Position numbers and translations under genes: made by a program
Shown here: piece by piece, positions 25,191 to 35,955 of the stretch
Position numbering within the stretch: the stretch's first letter is position 1
Layout: every line of letters begins with the position of its first letter
The notes under the pieces: generated by a model
The model's database searches: none
What the model was told of the DNA's origin: nothing
What the model saw: only the letters and a program-made list of their open reading frames with translations
NCBI RefSeq assembly: GCF_006345805.1
Contig: NC_043003.1
Span: 59,024,001-59,088,000 of the forward strand
Reading direction: 5' to 3'
Source: Octopus sinensis
Taxonomy: Eukaryota
DNA length: 64,000 nucleotides

Positions 25191-26859
25191 ATATATATAT
25201 TTCCTAATAGTATTGGATTATAAAAGTACTAAGGAGTTTTTGAAACATAGAATGGCGATGGGGGAGGGGGCAGTAGAGTAAAATAAGAATCAAATGGGTC
25301 CACAGGCAAAAAATGGTTGAGAACCACTGGGTTAATCAATTACGTCGATACCAGTGCATAACTAGTACTTATGCTAACAACTCCGTTACCGCATTTTAAT
25401 CTCTGCTCCTTAAATATGGACTTTAAGTAACCATTTTATTATCGATAAGTGGGGGAAAAAAAAGAAAATCTACTTTAGTTAGGGAACACGCAATAGATTT
25501 TTTAGTAATGATTATTAAAAGATTTAAGATTTTGAGCTAAAATAGTTCAACAATGATTAAAGAACAACTAAATCATTTTGTTATATTTTTCGAGGCAACA
25601 AGTGGACCTCGACGTAAACGTTAAGTAGCTCTTAATCTGTAGGTAAAATTGTGTCTACATTAAGATTTGTAACTATCCGCTGAAGAAGCCACTAAAACAA
25701 AAAGCCATATAACAAAAATTGTTATAAGACCAAACCAGTACTTTCAGGAAAGATATAAGCCTATGAATTTGTAAAATTGATTTATAATTTTTCGCAACTC
25801 AAATTCACTCCCTATGGTTCCATTGAACATATAATTCGCCCCTGGTACTAAAAATATTCTCATTCTCATCCCCGACATAATTTTTTTAATTCCAGAAAGA
25901 GCGACCAAATCTCCTTCAGATTACGCCACACTTTCTAAAAAGAGGAAGAGAAAAGCCAAGAAATTTTAGTTATTTAAAAATAAGGGATAGTCACAGCTGG
26001 AACGCCCTTAATTTATAGACATGCTAGACCAGAGATGACCCAGGGTTAAACAATGAGAATGACATGAACCATCGTTTCTTTAGTTATTCATGTTGTGCAA
26101 TATGAAGTACTTGTGTTTTGTATTGCGTCACGATGACAAACTAATTAAACAATAATCCACGAATAATAACGTTAATAAACAATAATTAATTTATAATTAA
26201 CATCCTTGTGTAGAAAAATGTTAATGGGTTCCATTAATCTTGAAGAAAGATTTTCACGTTAACCATTCCGCTTGACATGAAACGGTTAGTTAAAAAGAAT
26301 GTTGGCGTTGGTTTGTTTTACGGCATGGAAGAAAGAAACTATGACAAGCTGAAGGCAATATAATGCCAGTGGGAACGACAGACAAGCACTAGAGGGAGAT
26401 TATGAAAACTGCTGTAAGGCCCGCCTATTCAATCGTGCCAGTGAGAGGTAAAAAAGACTGGTAACTTGTCTAAAATAAACAGCCAATAAACATTTGAGTC
26501 TCTGTCAGCCAGTGAAACCGTCAAATACGGAATAAAAGCTTTGAATTCATTACATCCTTGTCATCCACTGGAGGAAAGCTGTTGTACGTTTTTTTTTTAT
26601 TATTTTCTCCTCTTTTAATGAGAGAACCACGCCTCCTCTATAAGCATTTTTGAATCCTCATTAATATTGTTTGCTCTGTGATGACATCAAAAGCTTTCCT
26701 ATTTTGACTGGTGCTGTAAGCTTTTATATCCTTTACATCTGCTCAGGAAAGTGACGTGGTTATTCGTTAAGCAGACATACTGCAAGACTAAGAAATTTAT
26801 ATTCAAGTTTTCTTTCAATGCATTTCGGGAACATGGACGCATTTATGTACGTGTGATGT

Positions 26860-27192
26860 GTAAGTGTATATATATATATATATATATATACATACATAAA
26901 CACACAGACACAGACACACTCATATAATATATATATTATATATACATATATACATATATATTAATATTATCAAAGGGTTATCTGAAATATTAGAACTTTC
27001 CATTACCAGTGGCCTAGCGTGTAAAAATTAAGTCAATAGACTATATATTATTCCTATAAATACACCGTATTTATATGAATATATACATACATATATATAT
27101 ATATATATATAAAACTATATACATATACATACATGCGTACATACATATATATATATATATATGTATGTATGTGTGTATATATATGTATATAT

Positions 27193-27235
<43 letters not shown>

Positions 27236-27365
27236 TAAAATATATGTGTATATACATATATACATATATATGTATACACAAATATGCACATATATACATA
27301 CATTTATGTGTGTGTGTGTCGGTGGGTGGGTGTGTTTGTTTGTGTGTGTGCGTATTTGAGTGTGT
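26860..27365. repeat. Compound (TA)n/(CA)n/(TG)n low-complexity tract
   Basis: Direct inspection. Confidence 0.9.
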
Positions 27366-27961
27366 GTATAGTAATGTACACAGAAGACAAATTTGGTCAA
27401 ATAACAAATTCTGTGTTTACAGAAGGTGATGATATTGAATACTTTGTCTTCGAACCAACGGGGGTTCCTATACATTATAACTCTGCCTCCTAGATATCTA
27501 AGCCAAACGCCCCTCACATAATACCCTACCATCTTAAAATATACAATCATTTGATAATATATACACCGTGCATACTACATGGAAGGGGAGACGTTCATAG
27601 TTTGTCTTTGTGTAGAGATCTGTCAGAGGGGTAAATTCTTGTGGTATAGAGATAACCTAAAAATAAATAAAAAAGAATACAGCACCAACAACTTTTAGCA
27701 AAATCAAGATGTTTTTGTTATTGTTATTGACCAAAATAATTATTAGAGATTATGGTCTGTCAACAGTCTTTAATTTAGAGAACGTGTAGATATTCTTAAC
27801 ATTATCAAATGTGGAATCTTTTTCCAGGCGAAAGCTTGTAATTTGTGTGTGTGTGTGTGTGTGTGATTTTCGTGCTATTTATTGCAGGTTGGGTGTATTA
27901 AGATCGCTTGTTATCCACCTGACGAACTCTATGAAAATGTGATGCTACAATATATATATAT

Positions 27962-28007
<46 letters not shown>

Positions 28008-28225
28008 TTCCATATTTCAAGTGGAGCAAGAGCATACACGAAGAGGAAAAGTGTCGCTGAAGAGGTCACAGATGTGTGACGAAAGATTTCCGGACAATGG
28101 ACATGTGAGTTAGAATAAAAGCAGTAATAAACGAGTGAAAAACAAAAATATATAGTGCGTGTGTTTGGCAAAATAAAAAAAAGAAAACGATTTAAGAAGT
28201 TTTGAAGTTTCAATGGGATTGAGCC

Positions 28226-28286
<61 letters not shown>

Positions 28287-28290
<4 letters not shown>

Positions 28291-28379
28291 TCACTGCCTG
28301 GAATCGAACACAGAATCTTGGGGTTAGTAGCCTGCGCTCTTATCCACTCCAAGATTCTGAGTTCGATTCCAGGAAGTGA

Positions 28380-28383
<4 letters not shown>
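28287..28383. other. Head-to-head tRNA-derived short elements forming a hairpin between (TTA)n and (AAT)n
   Basis: Arms 28287-28321 and 28349-28383 are 33/35 complementary. The minus strand reads agtggataagagcgcaggctactaaccccaagattctgtgttcgattccaggcagtgacctg(aat)n, with A-box-like and B-box (GTTCGATTCC) motifs. Confidence 0.8.
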
Positions 28384-28427
<44 letters not shown>

Positions 28428-28494
28428 CAACAGCAACAACAATAATAGTAATAATAGTAATGATAATAATAGTAATAATAGTAATAATAATAAT

Positions 28495-28870
28495 AAGATT
28501 AGTAAATATAAAGACTTGCTAAGAGAAGTTGAAAAAATGTGGCATCTCAAGGCGTCTACAGTACCAGTGATAATAGGATCTCTAGGAATGATAAGAAAAA
28601 AGGTACTGAAACCTATTTGAGAATGATACCAGGCTTACCATCGCTACAAGAAGTGCAAAAAATCGTGTTAACTGGAGCGGTTCATGTGCTGAGAAGAGCA
28701 TTATCGCTGTGAAAACAACATCCATTCATGAATTTATTTATTCATTAACTTTTTAAATACATATTTTACCTGTGAATTTGCGTGTGTAATCTGGGAATGC
28801 AAACAATGAGCTTCTCTGCCCTAGGTGTACGGAAAACACTCGGCGAGAAACGGAAGAAATTTTGAAGAAA
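28495..28870 (+). mobile_element. Dong/R4-type non-LTR retroelement 3' end, subfamily 1
   Basis: KISKYKDLLREVEKMWHLKASTVPVIIGSLGMIRK-[frameshift]-MIPGLPSLQEVQKIVLTGAVHVLRRALSL* (stop 28710-28712), the RLE C-terminal signature; flanked by (AAT)n. Confidence 0.85.
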
Positions 28871-28899
28871 GAAGGAAAAATAATAACAATAACAATAAC

Positions 28900-28950
<51 letters not shown>

Positions 28951-28951
<1 letters not shown>

Positions 28952-29150
28952 GGTTCAATCCCGTTGAAACTTCAAAAGTTCTTAAAGCAACTGGAAATCC
29001 CATGCAAGATTGCTGTCTTACAAAAAGCAACCTTATTGGGCACAGCACATATCTTAAGGAAAGTATTATCTGTCTGAGGGCCTTGTTGTGACTTGACAGA
29101 TGACTAAAGTGTCCGGTGCATATTTAGCTACACTGTGTTACGAAGGAATA
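28951..29150 (+). mobile_element. Dong/R4-type non-LTR retroelement 3' end, subfamily 2
   Basis: GSIPLKLQKFLKQLEIPCKIAVLQKATLLGTAHILRKVLSV* (stop 29075-29077), preceded by (AAT)n and followed by (ATG)n. Confidence 0.85.
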
Positions 29151-29189
29151 ATTATGATGATGATGATGATGATGATTATGATGATGATG

Positions 29190-29700
29190 ATGATACGGGC
29201 TCTGATGCCGTACCAAGTTGTGGCTGTCATGGCTTCTGATCGCAACTGATTGGAAGTGTTAATTTGTACATGTTTTGTCTTGGTGTAAAAGAGTGGCTAC
29301 AGCAAATATTCTGCTCAGTACCGCAGATCTGCTTGTCACTTGCTTGACCTTAATAATTCGAGCATGTCTCTTAGTGGCTGGTAATATGTGCGTCTCTGAT
29401 CAGGAGCAGTAGTGGTGGGAGCATCATAGCCATATGTTGAAATGCACTCTTTGGGACTTGAATAATTCACTTCTGAAAATATGAGTGTTTCGCTCATACT
29501 TAAACAACCCATATTCATGAATCCTTTGAGCAGGATGGGCTGCTCGCCATGAAAAAAATTCTAACTGGGCCCACCTGTAAGGTCATGTGCTGTTTATCTT
29601 GTTATGAGGTCAACATGTCACACATATATTGTTGTAATGCATGTACCTGGTGTACTCTTTTGAGATGGGTAGTTATGATGGGTATATTAGGCTTTTGTAC
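29190..29700. repeat. Probable unclassified interspersed repeat next to the Dong cluster
   Basis: More GC-balanced non-coding block abutting (TGA)n. It resembles a common octopod repeat from memory only; there is no second copy in the window. Confidence 0.35.
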
Positions 29701-31715
29701 TGAGCTAGTACTTTCTGTTTTTGACGCAGAAAGAGCAAAAGGCTAAGTTGATCTCTGTCGGTTTTGAACTCAGAGTGTAAAGAGCCAGAACACATATCAG
29801 GAAGCAATTTGTCTGATGCTCAAACAATGCTGCGAGTTCACATTTTCTATTTCTTCTACTCAAGGCACAAAACCTGAAATTTGGGAGAGCCAGTTAGTCG
29901 ATTAAATTGACCCCCAGAACTTGACTGACACTGTATCTAATCCCCTGCAGTTGGGATGAAAGGCTAAGGTAATTCAGAACAAAAAGGCAGAAAAATTGAC
30001 GCACGGTATATTGTTCGATGCTTTAATGATCCAATCAATGCATCAAATAATACAACTTTAAAGTCTCCAGTTGTGGGTACTGTATATAGAAACTTGCAGA
30101 GGACTTACACTTGTTATTCAAAATTGCCTTATATTAATTTATTTGTTCTCTAAAAAAATCTTCCCATAAAAATACACATTTTTACCCATACAGTTTATTT
30201 CCAATAGTTACGTTAATTTATTGTGCGTTAAGAGACAGAAAAATTTGATCACCAATTCAAATGCCTTATGGTAATGATTTTCGGCCTTCTTTTGTCTGAA
30301 ATCAAATGCTGCTAGTTCGACATTGCTACATTAATTACTTTTAATCACTTGTTTTACATTTTATGATAGCATATAAGACTTTTTTTTTCTCAAGAAAATG
30401 TCAGAAAAAAATTATCCGCAAGCTAATTATGTCCTTGACGCCTACTATTGTTTTCTGGCTTTGAAGCTGATTAAAGTCTCTCTTACTATGTTTTGGTTGA
30501 AGATCAACTGTAGTGGAAACTTGGTTTTTTATAAAATGTATTCTGCTTTGTTTTCCCCCTTGTATGTTTTATTACTGTAACCATGTAGCATATGTTCACT
30601 ATCATGGTAATTGCTTCATGTTCAGCTGATATTTATATATAGTAATATCCAACTTAAAACACATTATAAGAACACCGAATACTACGTTATTAGCTTTGAG
30701 AAATCCTCTCATATAGGCGCTTGGTGCATAAAGTCACACACATTGATGATAGTGATCGAGAACTTTCTGTCATGGACGCTGGCGCAATATTCGGTGTTAT
30801 AACAAGGGATCCTTGTTAATACTGGTTCCATCACTAATGATTAATATATATAATAATGCTTTCAGTCTTTGTAATGTTTTTGTAATGTACAAGCAGATTG
30901 TTTTATGTATTAAATGCTTTAAAGCACAAGACAGCCTTTTTTTTTTTTTGCTGAATATGCGCTTCTAAGATGAGTTTGTTTCTAATACGACGGTGTGTCA
31001 TTTTGCCATCAAATACGGTTGTAAAAGATGGATGAACTGCGTCCGAGACATTTTCCATTCTGTCTAATCTTGGTAGATGTAAGCTATCCTCGAACTGAAA
31101 ATCAAATTTTTGTTAAAAGCATGCATGGTGACAAGTATTAAAATGAACAAAGTTAATCATTCAGGTGTTAACAGATTATGTTCACTTATGAACTGGAGCT
31201 ATTTCAACCCATTATAGCCCTACATTAGGCTTATCTTAATGTCAAAAATCATTAAGATACTGACGACGATGGATGCGGTTGATAAGTTGATTAGAACATC
31301 AAATGATAAATGCATTTCATAATTTAGCTTCCATTATTTCAATGTCATTATTTAATGCCAACTGTTAATCGAAGTCGTCGGAATAATATAGCATATCGAT
31401 TGTACCTAATTTATATTCTCGTATGAAATGAATTTACCATTTAGCATTAAATTAGCATTTTGTCTAGGGACAAAGGAAGAGATAAGGTGGCCATTCGAGA
31501 AAGTTAGTGAGATTGATTCAGTTAACTTTCCTCTTTAGTTATGTTCAAATGTATTAATTTGAAGCTGTTAAATGCAAACCAAGTAGTAATATACATAAAC
31601 ATACATAAGATGGCGAGCAAGCAGAGTCGTAAGCACGTCGGTCAAAATGCTTAGCGGCATTTCATCCGTCACTACGTTCTGAGTTTAAATTCCGCCGATA
31701 TCGACGTTGCCTTGT

Positions 31716-31776
<61 letters not shown>

Positions 31777-31782
<6 letters not shown>

Positions 31783-33064
31783 AGATAAATAAAAATATAT
31801 GCATACATACAAACATATATGTACGTACCTACATCTACATGTATATATACATGCATATATAAATAATTATACGGAAGTACAGGACATCACAATAAGACGT
31901 AGAAACAGAAAAAGCCAAAAAACAAAAAACAAGAAAACGGAAAACGAAAAACAAATACAGGACAGGTTACACAAGGACAAAACCCCCGTCATCAGCTGTC
32001 GCTAGAGGAGTCAGGCATGTTTCGAAGGCATAACAGAACACTAATCCAATAGGCCTTCCTGCGAGAGAATTAAAATAAAATTTCAAGCAGCGGGGCACAA
32101 TGAGTACGAACACAAACAAGACGTAACAATGAGACTGCAAAATTAAAATACATGTACAAAAACAAACACAAGAGGACGAACGAAAAAGCCTTTTTTCTGG
32201 CATAGACAAACAATAAAACTGCAAAAATAAAAATACACGTACAAAAAGTACAATTAGTTACAAAACGAGAAAATAACAAGAATACTATACAGGAAATTAA
32301 CCACACAAGGGGACGAACGAAGAAGCCTTTTGCTGGCAAGGACGAAAGTGTAGTAGCAGCGCGTGGAGGCAGTCTTTTCAATAGTGGTAACCACGTGTAA
32401 AGGAATTTTGTTTTATAGGCAAGGAAGAGGGAAGGAGGAGGGGGACACGCGGCGAAGAGAGAGGAGGAGGGGGAGGGAGAAAGATTGAAGAGGTTAAAGC
32501 AAAGGGAGAGAGTACCGCATCTTCAATATAATAATATTAATATAAAAAAAAAGGGGACCAAGAAGTGGATCGAAACGACGAATCGGAACGAACCTGATGC
32601 GGGGCGCTGTCAGACAATAAGGAGATAAATAAAAATATATGCATACATACAAACATATATGTACGTACCTACATCTACATGTATATATACATGCATATAT
32701 AAATAATTATACGGAAGTACAGGACATCACAATAAGACGTAGAAACAGAAAAAGCCAAAAAACAAAAAACAAGAAAACGGAAAACGAAAAACAAATACAG
32801 GACAGGTTACACAAGGACAAAACCCCCGTCATCAGCTGTCGCTAGAGGAGTCAGGCATGTTTCGAAGGCATAACAGAACACTAATCCAATAGGCCTTCCT
32901 GCGAGAGAATTAAAATAAAATTTCAAGCAGCGGGGCACAATGAGTACGAACACAAACAAGACGTAACAATGAGACAGCAAAATTAAAATACATGTACAAA
33001 AACAAACACAAGAGGACGAACGAAAAAGCCTTTTTTCTGGCATAGACAAACAATAAAACTGCAA
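31777..33064. repeat. 448-bp near-identical direct repeats with an 840-bp period and 392-bp spacer
   Basis: 31777-32224 equals 32617-33064 except one substitution I could find (32136 t / 32976 a); both outer ends abut microsatellites. Confidence 0.95.
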
Positions 33065-33094
33065 TAAAACACACATATACATATACATATATAT

Positions 33095-33182
33095 ATGTGT
33101 GTGTGTGTGTGTTTGTGTGACTGAGTGCCTGTGTATGTACCTATATTTAAATATATATTTAAATATCTATCTATATATACGG

Positions 33183-33219
<37 letters not shown>

Positions 33220-33226
33220 ATATATC

Positions 33227-33257
<31 letters not shown>

Positions 33258-33323
33258 TTGTGTGACTGAGTGCCTGTGTATGTACCTATATTTAAATATA
33301 TATTTAAATATCTATCTATATAT

Positions 33324-33390
<67 letters not shown>
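33095..33390. repeat. About 150-bp tandem duplication including a (TA)n tract
   Basis: gtgtttgtgtgactgagtgcctgtgtatgtacctatatttaaatatatatttaaatatctatctatatatacgga occurs twice. Confidence 0.9.
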
Positions 33391-33391
<1 letters not shown>

Positions 33392-33437
33392 TGTGTGTGT
33401 GTGTGTGTGTGTATGTATGAATGTATGTATGTGTGTG

Positions 33438-33498
<61 letters not shown>

Positions 33499-34787
33499 CA
33501 TTTGTTTATTCATATCGTCCAGAGCTTAAAGTAAGCGAATCATAAGTAAAGGAAAGTAACGAATATCACAATATGTAAATAACTGAGAAAGCGGTGATTG
33601 AGTTAAAATTTCTACGTTGATAACGAAGTTTTCGTTATATTGTGGTTGTGCTAACAATAGTCTTAGAACAGACTGCTAACTGTTAACATTGTAGTGACTA
33701 CACAATAAAAGAATGATAGAAGATACGAGAAAGGGAGAGAGAGGGGCTAGATGGGGAGAGAGAGATCAGAGAGACAGTAAAAGAGTGAGAGAGAAAAGGT
33801 AGAGGTAGAGAGAGAGAGAGAGAAAGAGAGAAAAATGTGATCGTACTGGGATATATGGATGGAGTGTATGCGTTTGCTGAAGGCGATTAAAACACTACCA
33901 TCACAGCAGCGCTTCAGTATTTAACGCTAGTAGGTAGGTGTATCATGTACCGAAGTTTAGATAAGGCGTACATTATACTTGAATACTGTTAACGTGTCAG
34001 GTGTGATAATTATCCGCTTCTCATACTTTCTGTCCGATTTAAATAAAAGAGAATGAATCGAGTTACAGTAAGTTACTCGGCTTTCGTTTATAAACTACAC
34101 TCACTGCATGAGGTCTATTCATATATGTGAACATACAGTAGATACTGTTGTGGTTTATTGTCTGCGAATATGTGTTTATTTATTTTTTTATTTTTTCTGG
34201 TTGATTTATTTCGACTTCACACACCCATTTCTGGTTGGTGGTCGTATAAATACGTTACTACTTTCTCTTTAAATATATATATAGACGAGGCGCTAAACTG
34301 TGAGCCTTGAAATATTGTCAACTAGCTGTCTTAACTTTACCTTAACGGATTTTCATCCCAACTGAAGCAGGTGAAAAGAGGTTAAGCCAAAAGGCTGGCT
34401 ACATTGGGTTTGGCTTGCTACATACATACATACAACACACACGTACGCACGCACACACACACACACACACACATACACACACATACTCACGCACACAGGC
34501 CAAGGAATAGGGATTTGAAATCTAGGCAAATCCATTTCGCGCACTCTCATATAGAACCTAAAGAGACTTATTCAAAAGAAACACGTGTCGGAATATAACA
34601 TAAATAAAATATTTCTAATTAAATAAATTTTGGTGATATATAACTCTTCATTCTTCACTATAATATCTATCTATCTCCCTACTTTTCTTTTCAAAACCTA
34701 TTGGACATATTCCATTACCATTACTTCTACATATGTATTGTCTTAATGCTGCCATATAATCGTCAGGCCTTCATTTTTATGTGTATA

Positions 34788-35004
34788 TCTATTATATAAA
34801 ATCCGTTCTGTCTGTCTGTGTGTGTTTTCTAGGACCCGAGCATCCTCCATTCAATGGCGCTCAAATTTGATATGTAGATACCGACGGTATCAGGGCGTGT
34901 GTAAGTCTTGAAAAAAATTACAAAAATCGATTCCAGGTGAGAATGCTCTCGATAAAGCCATGGGAACGTGCATTTGTACGCGCAAGTACATCAGCTGTTG
35001 ATAT
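34788..35004 (+). mobile_element. Helitron-like 5' fragment
   Basis: A|TC tattatataaaatccgttctgtctgtctg is the same type of 5' end as the 4933-5330 element; no CTAG/hairpin 3' end seen. Confidence 0.55.
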
Positions 35005-35110
35005 CAGTGTTTCTCAAAGGGGAGGCCTATGGGACGGTCGGACAAGTTGTTTTGAGAAAATTTGGTTTAAATGTTTGACAACTCAGCACCGTCCATTAGA
35101 CGGGGAGCGT
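35005..35110. mobile_element. hAT-type terminus fragment
   Basis: Starts cagtgtttctcaa, a hAT/Charlie-like TIR; a similar inverted end ttgagaaccactg occurs near 25317-25329. Confidence 0.4.
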
Positions 35111-35117
35111 TTTGCTC

Positions 35118-35179
<62 letters not shown>

Positions 35180-35180
<1 letters not shown>

Positions 35181-35410
35181 TCACTACCTGTGTCGCATGT
35201 TTGTTTTCGTCATCGCTCTTTACGTTTACTCACTTATTCCCAGTAGGTTCTTGCTGCTGCCTCCACCACAATAAACAATCTTATCTTTAAAGGCATCAAG
35301 TTGTTATGATTTTTTGACGATAACTGATGAGGGAAGAGCATCTCCACGTCTTGTGTGTGAATTTTCTGTGTGTTCCATTGTCGTTCTTCTGTGCAATTCT
35401 TAAATTCTAT
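35180..35410 (+). mobile_element. Penelope-like terminal-repeat relic with a decayed hammerhead motif
   Basis: ataa-ctgatga-ggga-agagca-tctcc-acgtc-ttgt at 35320-35354 (GAA missing from the core). Confidence 0.4.
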
Positions 35411-35863
35411 ATATGCGTATATATAGCTTTTCAAAAAGTTATCACTACGTGATAAAACGTTTTCTTAAACTAAAAATTGATAACCATAAAATATATTTGA
35501 GACAAAAAAAAGAAAAACAGACTTACTCGAACCTTTTGGAAGGTATTTTCGTATTGTGTGTAAGCGCTTTCTGTATATGCTTTTAAAAGCTAAACAGTAA
35601 GAGAACTTACGAAAAATAAAACTTCCTTTCAAATGGTGCATGTGATTCTGTTTCCTTTTAAATGATTTTTATATAATTAAAAAATTTCCTTTTTAAGAAA
35701 TCCTTTCGTTGTGCGCGCGCACACACACGCACTCATACACACACACGCTCAAATATATACATGCACACATACACACACACAACTATATATATATGTATGT
35801 TTCTTATATATATGTATATATATATATGTTTACATATATATATATATGTGTCTGTGCGTATGT

Positions 35864-35896
<33 letters not shown>

Positions 35897-35922
35897 TATA
35901 TATGTATATATATGTATATATG

Positions 35923-35955
<33 letters not shown>

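Noticed and set aside
27376-27660. Peptide [33 protein letters not shown] and the opposite-strand ORF
   Set aside because: The ORF length is inflated by the microsatellite; no family recognised and no clear splice sites.
31989-32024. Type II hammerhead within the 448-bp repeat
   Set aside because: Both half-motifs are present, but the cleavage triplet lacks U16.1, stem II opens with a C-C mismatch and stem I pairs poorly. Not called as a ribozyme.
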